The notes beneath the pieces are model-generated. The model had not been told where the DNA came from. It saw only the letters and a list, made by a program, of their open reading frames with translations, and ran no database searches. A stretch of 64,000 bases of DNA from a virus, in the IMG/VR virus record IMGVR_UViG_3300028829_005568. One strand, written 5' to 3'. The translations under genes and the position numbers were made by a program. Below are positions 1 through 9,326 of this stretch, one piece after another; positions within the stretch are counted from its first letter, which is position 1, and each line of letters begins with the position of its first letter.

Positions 1-1
1 T

Positions 2-2518
2 TCTTTTAAAGATAAACCTTCTCCTGACCATACTGATGTTATTAATCTTGTTCCTGATGCTGCAAAGTCTAAGCAATTAGGTATGGAAACATTTAGTATT
101 AATAAAGGGAACAAGAATGTTGGAGAAATTTCTGGGGAAAGATTACCAAATGGGGATTTCCAAACAATGGACATAGGGGTTAATCCAAAATTTCAAAAAC
201 AAGGAATAGCTACAGAAGCTTATAAGGAACTAAATAAATCTTTACCTAGAGGAAACAAAGTAACATCTTTTGGTGCTTATGTGAAACAAGCAGATGGTGT
301 TGCTCCAGGAAAAAACACATGGGCAAGTTTAGAAAGAAAGGGATTAGCAAGAAAAAATAACCAAGGTATTTATGAGATGATACCTGCTCCAGATTACATT
401 GATGTTAGTAAATCAGAAATAGATTGGGGTAAATGGAATAAAGAGATACCTGATAATAAACCTTTAATGAAAGAGTACAATGCTATAGAGCAGTCTACTA
501 AAGCAGATGGTACTTGGATGAAGAATGCAGATGGTACTAAGTTTGAAGGAACTCCTGAACAGTTTGTACAACAGAATAGTAAGAATTTTAAGAAAGCTTT
601 TAAAAATACTAAAGTATTAGATGAACATGGTAACCCAAAGATTGTATATCATGGTACTAGAACCTCAGACGGTATAAAAAAGCAAGGTTATAGTAAATCA
701 ATGTCAGGTAAAGGTAATAGAGGAGCTGATGAGGGTAACATATATTTCTCTGATTCTTATAAAAACGCAGAGTATACAGGTGTAAAAGCAGATGAGTTTG
801 AAGAAGTATTTAAGAATGTTCAAGCTACTCAGAATCACTTTAAAACAAAAGGGAATTTTATCAATGTTCCCTCAACAGATAGTCTTAATAAAGCTGCAAG
901 AAAAGCAGAAAAGGAGATGCATGAGTTTAGAAGAGCGAAAGACCATGTTAATGGGGGTAATAAACCTACTATATTTAATAAGAAAAAAGTAAATGCTGAG
1001 CTTGATAGATTAGATAAGTTAGAGACTGATGCTTTTAATAGAAGAAAGTCTTTACAGGAAGATGCTCACCAGGCTAGCATGTATCATAGTGGGATTAATT
1101 ATCTAAAAGGAAATAAAAATGGGTATTATCAGAACCCATTAAATTTGACTAGACGTAAATTTAATCTTGATGAGCCTACAAAAATAGATCAGAATGTAAA
1201 AGATTTAGTTATTAACTCTGCTTATAATACTGAAGGGCTAAGGTACTCACCTGATGTACTTAGTAATTACGTTAATATAGAAAAACCACTAGTTAAAGAT
1301 TTTGGATATAAATCTACTGATGTAAATCCTTTAAAAGCTGGATTTGTAGAGTCTATGGGTTATTCAAATAAAATTGAACCCCATCTAAAAGAACTTGCTA
1401 AAGATGATTATACAGGAGCCATACAAAAAAATCTATTTGATGTTTTACATGGTGATGTATATCTTGTAAAAAATCCAAACAATATAAAATCAGCAGTAGG
1501 TAACAATGGTATGTTTGATATGAGTGATCCTAATATATACAAAGCAGTTACAGGTATAGCAACAGCAGGAGCATTAGGTGCATCAGCTACAGAACAAAAG
1601 AATGGTGGTTGGTTAGATACATTCCATGATGGAGGAGAGATTGGCCATATCCATGAAGGAAATAAGGTTATGTATAACACACCTGCATATAAAAAAGCTT
1701 ATAATGAAGGTAAGATAGCTACACAAGGTGACGGCTACTTACAGGCTCCTGATTTACCTGTATTTGAAGTTAATGCTGCTGAACAAGAAAAAGAAAAAAT
1801 GGATTATATAACAGGACTTAAAAAGCCTTATTATAAACCAGGAGAAAGTGTACATATAAGACCAGATTTTAGAGGAGGTCTTACTAGTAGAATTGGAAAT
1901 TATGCAGCAGGTTCGGATAAATTTTTTGCTAGAGAAGCATCAGATATAACTAATACTGGGGGAGTAAGCAGAGAAGAAAAATATGGTCCAGAGGTATATG
2001 ACTTTTATAGGAACTATTTTGGATTACCTTTAAAAACAGATGCTGTACAAATATCTAAATATAGGCCTACTAATGAAACAGACCCTTCTAGTATTTATTA
2101 TTCCAACACTAGTAAAGATCTTAAAAGTGATATTATAAATATTTATAATACTTTATCTCCTAAACAGAAAGAAAATATAAAAAAAGAATCATCTATTCTT
2201 GTTGATGGATATTCACCAAAATCATATAATACTCATAATTGGAAAGGACTTTCAAAAGAACAAAGGAATTTATTAAAATCTAATAGAAATTATAGTACAG
2301 GAATAGGACAATTTAGATTAGGAGAGGGAGAAGATGCAGAAGGAAAATATATTTCTTATTATGATGTATTTGATAAAGCTACAGGGGGTACCTTTAAAGG
2401 AGCAAATGAAAATCTTTTAGGAGCTGCTAAACCTTTTGAAATATATGATAGAATATATTTAAACGATTTTGAAAATATATCTAAGAAAAAGAATGGTGGT
2501 TGGTTAGATACTTATTAA
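2..2518 (+). CDS. Polyvalent virion/cargo protein (5'-truncated by window): GNAT-like domain + ADP-ribosyltransferase (ART-PolyVal-like) domain + C-terminal unknown domain
   Basis: Frame is open from base 2 (SFKDKPSPDH...), so the Met at 83 is probably internal. GNAT motif A-like VNPKFQKQGIATEAY. ART-PolyVal-like signature DEHGNPKIVYHGT...IYFS...YLVKNPNNIKSAVGNNGMFD. Ends in KNGGWLDTY. Confidence 0.7.
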   Translation, partial: SFKDKPSPDHTDVINLVPDAAKSKQLGMETFSINKGNKNVGEISGERLPNGDFQTMDIGVNPKFQKQGIATEAYKELNKSLPRGNKVTSFGAYVKQADGVAPGKNTWASLERKGLARKNNQGIYEMIPAPDYIDVSKSEIDWGKWNKEIPDNKPLMKEYNAIEQSTKADGTWMKNADGTKFEGTPEQFVQQNSKNFKKAFKNTKVLDEHGNPKIVYHGTRTSDGIKKQGYSKSMSGKGNRGADEGNIYFSDSYKNAEYTGVKADEFEEVFKNVQATQNHFKTKGNFINVPSTDSLNKAARKAEKEMHEFRRAKDHVNGGNKPTIFNKKKVNAELDRLDKLETDAFNRRKSLQEDAHQASMYHSGINYLKGNKNGYYQNPLNLTRRKFNLDEPTKIDQNVKDLVINSAYNTEGLRYSPDVLSNYVNIEKPLVKDFGYKSTDVNPLKAGFVESMGYSNKIEPHLKELAKDDYTGAIQKNLFDVLHGDVYLVKNPNNIKSAVGNNGMFDMSDPNIYKAVTGIATAGALGASATEQKNGGWLDTFHDGGEIGHIHEGNKVMYNTPAYKKAYNEGKIATQGDGYLQAPDLPVFEVNAAEQEKEKMDYITGLKKPYYKPGESVHIRPDFRGGLTSRIGNYAAGSDKFFAREASDITNTGGVSREEKYGPEVYDFYRNYFGLPLKTDAVQISKYRPTNETDPSSIYYSNTSKDLKSDIINIYNTLSPKQKENIKKESSILVDGYSPKSYNTHNWKGLSKEQRNLLKSNRNYSTGIGQFRLGEGEDAEGKYISYYDVFDKATGGTFKGANENLLGAAKPFEIYDRIYLNDFENISKKKNGGWLDTY
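1596..1620 (+). repeat. 25-bp exact direct repeat, copy 1 (aaaagaatggtggttggttagatac; encodes KNGGWLDT)
   Basis: Identical to 2487-2511; marks the ends of two modules of the same protein. Confidence 0.9.
2487..2511 (+). repeat. 25-bp exact direct repeat, copy 2
   Basis: Identical to 1596-1620. Confidence 0.9.
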
Positions 2519-2527
2519 AAAGAAATT

Positions 2528-4633
2528 ATGACAAAGAAAGAAATATTAAATATAGTCAAGATGAAATACGGAGGTAATGTAGATGCCTTCTACAAAGACT
2601 ATCCTACACCTGAGTCCTTTAAGAATGGAGGAAGTATACCTCAGTATGGTCCCGGTGGAGAAGTTGGTCCTGAAGAAGAACCTAGAGCTTGGAAAGGGGA
2701 GAAGCCTGATACAACAGATATGCCAATAGATGAAAAATACTCTTATAGACAATATAATAGAATAGGTAAAGGATATAAAGATGTAACAGATTATGACGAT
2801 GGAGAAAATAATTATGTTAACACAAAAAAATATAATAGAAAAGGAGAATTAAAAAAAGAAAAGTGGAGAGACCGAAATCAGGAATCTAGGTTAACTAAAA
2901 CTTTACTTAATGCTACTCCAGCATTAGGAGTGATAGGAGGAGCATTAGGAGCTAAAGCTTCCTCTACCGGAGTTTGGGGTAGCAGTATGCCTGCAAGTAT
3001 ATTAGCTGGGAATTATGGAGGCTCTTTGCTCGGCCTTGTATCATCAATAGCATCAGAGCCAGCAACAGATGGCAAAAATATATACAAAGCTAAGTATGCT
3101 AACGGAGGTAAATTACCAATGTATGCAATGGGTGGAAATAGTGACCCTATATTGACTGGTGATACTAAAAAACCTTTTACCACATCCGCAGTACCTGTTA
3201 GTGATACAAAGTATAAAACTAATGAAGCTGTAGATGTAGCTATAAATGAAAATCCTATATCTCTTGAAGATGCTGAGCATAGAATAAATGTAGGTAATAA
3301 TTCAGAAGCTTATTGGAATACTTTAAATTCTGCTTTTGGCCCACCACAAGGAGGTGGATATACTATAGAACAAATGCAAACTTATCCTGAGAAGTATAAA
3401 CAATTTCAGGATGATAAAACTTGGTTAACAGAATTTACAGGAAAAAGAGGAAGACCTAATGATAGTTATACTATGTATGGGGGGACTAATGAATCTGGAG
3501 TACCTGTAAAGGATATGGCTTTTGGTGATACTACTTATAAGACTATGATGAATCCTGCTACTTCTGTAATTAAAAAAGATACAGCAAATACAGTTACTAC
3601 TTTACCTGGAGATACAGTAACAGGAGTTAACTCTTTATATAAAAATAAATTTGCAGAACCTATTGCTCAAAACCGTAATGGAGGTTATTTAAACAGTTAC
3701 AATAATGGAGGTAAGCTGCCTATGTACGAAAATGGTACTAATAATGCTTATATGACAAACTTCTCTAATACTGGCACTAGTACTAATTATAATGCATATA
3801 TGCCAAATGGTATTGATTATAGCCAACCTGCTAGTGATAATACTTTTGGTGCTACTAATTATTCGGCAGATACTTTAGGACAAACATTTGATACTTCTAC
3901 AAAAGGAGATAATATTAATACAGCTGTGGGAACTGCTGCTGGTTCTAATCCTTACTCATCAGCTATTTATACAGGCGCTACAATGGCTCAAGAACTAGGT
4001 AAAAATAATATTAAATATGAAAAAGATATTTATGGTAATGAGACTAATGTACCTGTAGCAGGAAGTACACATCTAGCATCTGCTACAAAAGCTCCTTGGG
4101 AAGTTGCATCAGAGGCATATAGTGAAGGTGAATATGGAAAAGCTGCAGTAGCGGCTACTATACCTGTAGCAGGTCAATTAATAGGTACCCAACAAATAAA
4201 AAAACAGCAAGAAGAATTTGCTAAAGAGCAAGAATTAGCTGCAGGGAAGGAAACAGAATTTCAAAAAAGACAAGCTCTTCTTGCAGACCGTGAAAGTAGT
4301 GAACTAGATAAAGCTAATGCTATAGCAAATAATACTTCAGGTTTTGGAACTTTTATGGGTAAAGATGGAGGATACGCTAATTTTAATCCACAAGCTGAAA
4401 TAGAAAATGGGGAACTTATAGAAGGTACTACTGGTACTTATAAAGCTGAAGGAGATACTCACGAAAATGGAGGAATTGAAATAGGTTTTTCTGAAAATGG
4501 GACACCTATTGCAGGCGAGGGAGGTAAGCTTACTAAAATGTACGAAGGTGGAGGTAAAATGTCATCAGCATTTGTATCTTCAAATAATATGAAAGTGCCA
4601 AAAGATATGGCCGAAAGACTTTTAAAAATATAA
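2528..4633 (+). CDS. Putative crAss-like cargo/ejection protein with repeated GG motifs
   Basis: 701 aa, low-complexity G/N/T-rich, hydrophobic glycine-rich segments, C-terminal AEIENGE...GDTHENGG motif of a type I recall from crAss-like cargo proteins; located upstream of the virion RNAP. Confidence 0.6.
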   Translation: MTKKEILNIVKMKYGGNVDAFYKDYPTPESFKNGGSIPQYGPGGEVGPEEEPRAWKGEKPDTTDMPIDEKYSYRQYNRIGKGYKDVTDYDDGENNYVNTKKYNRKGELKKEKWRDRNQESRLTKTLLNATPALGVIGGALGAKASSTGVWGSSMPASILAGNYGGSLLGLVSSIASEPATDGKNIYKAKYANGGKLPMYAMGGNSDPILTGDTKKPFTTSAVPVSDTKYKTNEAVDVAINENPISLEDAEHRINVGNNSEAYWNTLNSAFGPPQGGGYTIEQMQTYPEKYKQFQDDKTWLTEFTGKRGRPNDSYTMYGGTNESGVPVKDMAFGDTTYKTMMNPATSVIKKDTANTVTTLPGDTVTGVNSLYKNKFAEPIAQNRNGGYLNSYNNGGKLPMYENGTNNAYMTNFSNTGTSTNYNAYMPNGIDYSQPASDNTFGATNYSADTLGQTFDTSTKGDNINTAVGTAAGSNPYSSAIYTGATMAQELGKNNIKYEKDIYGNETNVPVAGSTHLASATKAPWEVASEAYSEGEYGKAAVAATIPVAGQLIGTQQIKKQQEEFAKEQELAAGKETEFQKRQALLADRESSELDKANAIANNTSGFGTFMGKDGGYANFNPQAEIENGELIEGTTGTYKAEGDTHENGGIEIGFSENGTPIAGEGGKLTKMYEGGGKMSSAFVSSNNMKVPKDMAERLLKI
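4621..4627 (+). other. Candidate -1 slippery heptamer T TTA AAA linking 2528..4633 to 4636..6585
   Basis: In-frame X XXY YYZ one codon before the stop; -1 frame reads ttt aaa aat ata atc ATG, in frame with the next ORF. Confidence 0.35.
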
Positions 4634-4635
4634 TC

Positions 4636-6585
4636 ATGGGAAAAAAGAAAAATAAAATAGCTGATATTAAAGCTCATCTTCTAAGACAGAAAGATAAATA
4701 TACTAAGCTTAAAGAGAATGCTACACATGAAGCAGATACTAACACTGCTAACATAAAACTTAAGCAAGTAGAAGACGGTTTAGCAGAAGTAGATGCTTTC
4801 CAACAAGCTAATAATGGTAACAATGGTGGCCAGCAACAGCCACAAGGTATGCAGCCTCAGCAACAAATGCCAATGGGTAATCCAGGAATGGGACAACCAC
4901 AATTTGCTAGGAATGGGGGACACCTTAATATGTATCCAGATGGTGGCTATCTTACTCCTGAAGGGTATGCTGCTATAAACAAATTTGAAAATACATCAGG
5001 AACTTTTGATAAATTAGGTAATCCTATAGGAATGGGGAAGGGAGATAACTATGCTCAAACAGGAGGAAATAATCCACAAGCTGTAGCAGATATAGAAAAC
5101 TTTATTGATAAAAAAATAGGAAAGAATGTTTGGGATAAAATGCCTGAAGAAATGAAAGTTCAAGCATATTCATTTATGTTCAATCATGGAATAGAGACTA
5201 AAGATAAAGAAGGAGATTTACTTAAAGGAATAGCTCAAGCAATACAACAATCTGATCCTGATACTTTTCCTGAAACTTATGGAGATGATGGTGCAATGGC
5301 TAGAGGAAGACTGTCTAACGAAGAAGCATTAAAAATTGTTAAAGAAGCTGATTATTCTAATCCTACTATCTATAATAATTATGTAAATGTTTTAGGCTCC
5401 CAACTTGACTCATTGGGATTAAATTTTCCAGAAGGGTATAGAGAAGCATATGGAAATAGAGCAATAGACATTAATAATTACTACGATAAACCTAGTGAAC
5501 AAGGAAATAGTCCTTCTAATCAACCTCCTACAGATAATGCAGGGACTACTGGACAAGGTGATTTAGATTATATGAAAAGTATAAATGATGACAAATATTC
5601 TCAGTTTAGTGGGGCAACTTCTGATGTCTACACAGGACTAGGTTCAAATTTACCATCTGATCCTGGTTATAATTGGAATGATCCTGGAGTATCAAATCCT
5701 AATGTATATAAAGAGCAAGAAGAAAAATTATTTAGTAATGATGATGATGCACCATATGACTATAATAATAATGGCGAAGGTGATACTTTTCCTACAAAAC
5801 CATACAATTTTGATATACCATTATATACTCCCCCAGGAAAGGCTACAGGACATGATTATGATGGTGACGGAATAAATGATGATTGGCCTGTTAGATTAAA
5901 AGAGAAAGAAGAAGACGATGATGATGATGATAATAATGAGAAAAAAGAAAATGATGGAATATATACATCTCCTTATCAAAGAAAAAATGACACTCTTTCT
6001 AATTGGGCACAACTAGCTGGACCTGCTTATTCTATGGCTCTTGGATTACAAAAACCAGATGAATTTCCACTTATAAAAAACCAGTATGAAGGAGATATAC
6101 TAAATGCTTTAAAACCTAACTATGAAACTTATGATCCCCAAATAGAAGCTCTAAGAGATGCTAAAAGAAAAACTATAGCTGGAATACCTGGTTTTTCAGG
6201 AGGAAGTGCTAACCAAGCTTTATTAGCTACTTCAGCTGCTGGATTAGGTTATGGAGATAAAATGGCACAAGCTATAGCCGCTACTAATTCACGTAATAAT
6301 CAGATTAAAACACAAGCAGGTTTAAGAAAAGCACAAGCTTTACAACAATTCTATGCACAACAAGCTAGTGAGAAAGGACAGAAAAGACAGTTTGATCTTG
6401 GTAGTAAAGCCAAACAACAAGATCTAATACGTCAAGGTTTAGGAGATTTTGGAAAATATTCAGAAAGAGAAGATATAGATAGAAATACTACAGATATGAA
6501 TCTTCAACAAATGGAAATTCTTAGAAGTCAATATCCAAGAGCATACGCAGATGTAATGAATCCAAAATATTACACTGTACAATAA
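4636..6585 (+). CDS. Putative cargo/ejection protein with lysozyme-like (GH24-like) domain
   Basis: Residues encoded at about 4950-5485: EGYAAINKFEN...MPEEMKVQAYSFMFNHG resemble the phage muramidase pattern (AGIALIKxFEG...L..NQFDALVSFAFNVG). Q-rich linker, DYDGDGIND motif, helical Ala/Gln-rich C-terminus. Confidence 0.55.
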   Translation: MGKKKNKIADIKAHLLRQKDKYTKLKENATHEADTNTANIKLKQVEDGLAEVDAFQQANNGNNGGQQQPQGMQPQQQMPMGNPGMGQPQFARNGGHLNMYPDGGYLTPEGYAAINKFENTSGTFDKLGNPIGMGKGDNYAQTGGNNPQAVADIENFIDKKIGKNVWDKMPEEMKVQAYSFMFNHGIETKDKEGDLLKGIAQAIQQSDPDTFPETYGDDGAMARGRLSNEEALKIVKEADYSNPTIYNNYVNVLGSQLDSLGLNFPEGYREAYGNRAIDINNYYDKPSEQGNSPSNQPPTDNAGTTGQGDLDYMKSINDDKYSQFSGATSDVYTGLGSNLPSDPGYNWNDPGVSNPNVYKEQEEKLFSNDDDAPYDYNNNGEGDTFPTKPYNFDIPLYTPPGKATGHDYDGDGINDDWPVRLKEKEEDDDDDDNNEKKENDGIYTSPYQRKNDTLSNWAQLAGPAYSMALGLQKPDEFPLIKNQYEGDILNALKPNYETYDPQIEALRDAKRKTIAGIPGFSGGSANQALLATSAAGLGYGDKMAQAIAATNSRNNQIKTQAGLRKAQALQQFYAQQASEKGQKRQFDLGSKAKQQDLIRQGLGDFGKYSEREDIDRNTTDMNLQQMEILRSQYPRAYADVMNPKYYTVQ

Positions 6586-6596
6586 AAAATAAAACA

Positions 6597-9326
6597 ATGG
6601 CAAATATATATACAAATTTAGCGTCCCATAGATCAACTTATGCTCCTACAGAACAGAAGATGCCTTTTCAAGCATATGCTGCAGTAGGGGCCCATCAACA
6701 ACAAAGAACTGATAAACTTCTAAAAGAAGCCAGTGAAATGGGATTGGATATAGATCCTATGAAATATGATGTTGATGAAACATCTAATTTATTAAAAGGA
6801 TTTCAAGAAGAACAACAAAATATAGTAGATAATTTTGATAACCTTTCTGATAATGATTTAGTTAATGAAGTTAATAAATTAAGATTTAAGAAGGCTATGG
6901 CAGGGAAACCTGGTACTCCAGAATATAATATAAACCAAAGGAATGCAATTCATACTAGTAATATTAAAAAAGCTACTACAGCTGCCAAAAAGGACTATAA
7001 TAAAACAGAATGGTTTAATTTAAATGCTGATTTAAATAGTAAGGAGTCAGGTAATAGCCAAAATGAAGATGGTACTTTTAATGAAGTGCCTGAATTAAAT
7101 TTTCAGGAGCATGTAGATGGTGCTACATTTACTAAACTAGGAAATGATATATTACTGAGAAAATCAAAAAAGATTCTTACACCAGAAAAAATAAGGATTG
7201 TAGAAGATATTGTAAGAAGTAGTAGTGAAAATGGGATTGATTTAGAACAGACTATGAGTTTTATAAAAAAAGAGGGAACAGTATCTGGGAATGAGTATGC
7301 TCAGTTATACTCTGATTTATTAAATCAATTAAATACTCCACAAAATAAAAAATCCTTATCAGATGAGGTAGACGCTGAGTATTATCAATACTTAAAACAA
7401 CGAAATAATTATTTACCTATAGAAGAACAACTAACTCCAGAAGGATTAAGAGATCAAGTTTTTTCTTATCAGCAAGGTGATATAGAAGACCCTAGTTTCC
7501 AAGGAGGACTAACTAGTCAAGAGTATGCTGATGAAAAACTAAAATCAAAAGTTGGAAGTATGGCGGATATTGCAACTGAGAGCACACAAGCTGGTGGAGC
7601 TATGGCTACTATACCAGGACAAGGAGGGGTAAATAAAGGGGGAAGTGATGAAGAAGAAGAAGAAGAACTAGCTAGAGTTTTTTATAATACAGAGCCAGTA
7701 AACTTATCTCCATCTGGTGATTTTAGTGTACAGGCAGCTGAAGCTTCTTTAAAAACTAAAAAAGATAAATTACAAATTTTAAAAGACGCAGCAGAAAAAA
7801 AACGTAATAGTGGTGAGGCTTATGGAATGAATAATGCTCAAAGAGATGAATATGTACGACTGAAAAAAGAAATAAATACTGATGAACTGTATTTAAGAAG
7901 TTTGGAACAAGATGTATATAAAAATCCTAAAGCAAGGAAATTAGCCATGCAAACTTTTATAGATCAATCTACTAAAGTTGATAAAAATAATAATCCTACA
8001 ATATGGGCAGCTTTTACCGGTGGCACAAATCCTTGGGACTTAGAAAAAGGCCCTTGGAATACTGGTAGCGATGGGACATATTTAAACACTGAAGACTTAT
8101 ATAAAAAAGATAAAGAAAAATATTTGGATTATTTTATGAGAAGAGCTCTTCATAGAGAAGAGCCTGTAGCAAGAGAATGGTTTAGATATTATACAGGATT
8201 AGGAACTAATAAATTTTTAGGAGATGAGACTGCAATTAAAGTACTTGGAAATAAGTTAAGAGAAATAATAGATGAAGAAGTTACTACTACAAATAACACT
8301 TATAAACCTTTAGTAATATCAGACAGTGAAATTGACCCTAAAAATAAATTTTCTTCTCCTGGAATAGTTTCTGAAACTAATAATAAAATAGCAAATTCAA
8401 TATCAAATAATCCTGCTGGATATAGAGTAGTAGGTGTGCAAGATGGAGAAGCTTCTATAGATTTAAATACTTTTATGACGAACCTTCAAAAAACATATGG
8501 AGTAGCATTTAAAGTACAAACAGAGATAGATGATGTTGGAATGTCTAAAGGTGCTAATTTAATAATTCCAAGAGAAGGGGAGGAAGCAGCAGCTATGGTT
8601 ACTTTAATACCTAGTCAAGGGCAGATGAGTAATGATGCATGGGATGATCTATTAGATCAGAAGACTCCCTATTGGAGAAAAGAAGATATGAAATATGGAG
8701 AAATGGCATATATATCTAACTTTTCAATAAAGATCCCTGTTACTAGTTTAGGTAAAGAATCTTCTAGAACATGGAATAATAATATAGAAGAAATGGCGAA
8801 TGGAATGTATGACCAGGCTTTAGGTTCTAAGCCAGGTCCAAGTAGGACTGATCTAATAAATGACGCTAGATTTATTAAAGCTAATTTAGCAGTAGGAGAT
8901 AAATTTGGTGGTGCTATTATGCTAGAACAGTCTCATGCTTGGCCACTTGAAAGTGAAATGATTAATGGTAAAAGAGTATATAATGAGGAGTCAGGAAAAA
9001 GTGAACCTGTTCCTATAGACTATTGGAGACATCCAACAAAAGGAGATATTCCTATATATATTAGAAAACATTCAGATAAGCCTATTAATAGTGAAATTTT
9101 TGAAGGTCCAGCTACTAGTGTTGCCCATGCAACACAGTTTGAAATATTAGATAATAATAAAGAAGTAATGACTGATAATCAAGGTAACCCTATGGTTGCA
9201 GGAAGTATAAGAGACCTGGAAGTAAAATGGTATGAATATTTAGGGCGTTTAGCGGTTAGGTTAAATATGAAAGATGAGTTTGTAGATAATTATGTAGAAA
9301 TGGACCCTAATTATACGGGAAAGTAA
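6597..9326 (+). CDS. Putative cargo/ejection protein (909 aa; about 1034 aa if frameshifted)
   Basis: Long ORF in the cargo cluster immediately upstream of the virion RNAP; ends ...ACG GGA AAG TAA. Confidence 0.6.
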   Translation: MANIYTNLASHRSTYAPTEQKMPFQAYAAVGAHQQQRTDKLLKEASEMGLDIDPMKYDVDETSNLLKGFQEEQQNIVDNFDNLSDNDLVNEVNKLRFKKAMAGKPGTPEYNINQRNAIHTSNIKKATTAAKKDYNKTEWFNLNADLNSKESGNSQNEDGTFNEVPELNFQEHVDGATFTKLGNDILLRKSKKILTPEKIRIVEDIVRSSSENGIDLEQTMSFIKKEGTVSGNEYAQLYSDLLNQLNTPQNKKSLSDEVDAEYYQYLKQRNNYLPIEEQLTPEGLRDQVFSYQQGDIEDPSFQGGLTSQEYADEKLKSKVGSMADIATESTQAGGAMATIPGQGGVNKGGSDEEEEEELARVFYNTEPVNLSPSGDFSVQAAEASLKTKKDKLQILKDAAEKKRNSGEAYGMNNAQRDEYVRLKKEINTDELYLRSLEQDVYKNPKARKLAMQTFIDQSTKVDKNNNPTIWAAFTGGTNPWDLEKGPWNTGSDGTYLNTEDLYKKDKEKYLDYFMRRALHREEPVAREWFRYYTGLGTNKFLGDETAIKVLGNKLREIIDEEVTTTNNTYKPLVISDSEIDPKNKFSSPGIVSETNNKIANSISNNPAGYRVVGVQDGEASIDLNTFMTNLQKTYGVAFKVQTEIDDVGMSKGANLIIPREGEEAAAMVTLIPSQGQMSNDAWDDLLDQKTPYWRKEDMKYGEMAYISNFSIKIPVTSLGKESSRTWNNNIEEMANGMYDQALGSKPGPSRTDLINDARFIKANLAVGDKFGGAIMLEQSHAWPLESEMINGKRVYNEESGKSEPVPIDYWRHPTKGDIPIYIRKHSDKPINSEIFEGPATSVAHATQFEILDNNKEVMTDNQGNPMVAGSIRDLEVKWYEYLGRLAVRLNMKDEFVDNYVEMDPNYTGK

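Noticed and set aside
4638-4647. G GGA AAA / A AAA AAG immediately after ATG 4636
   Set aside because: A -1 shift reaches TAA within four codons; explained by Lys codons.
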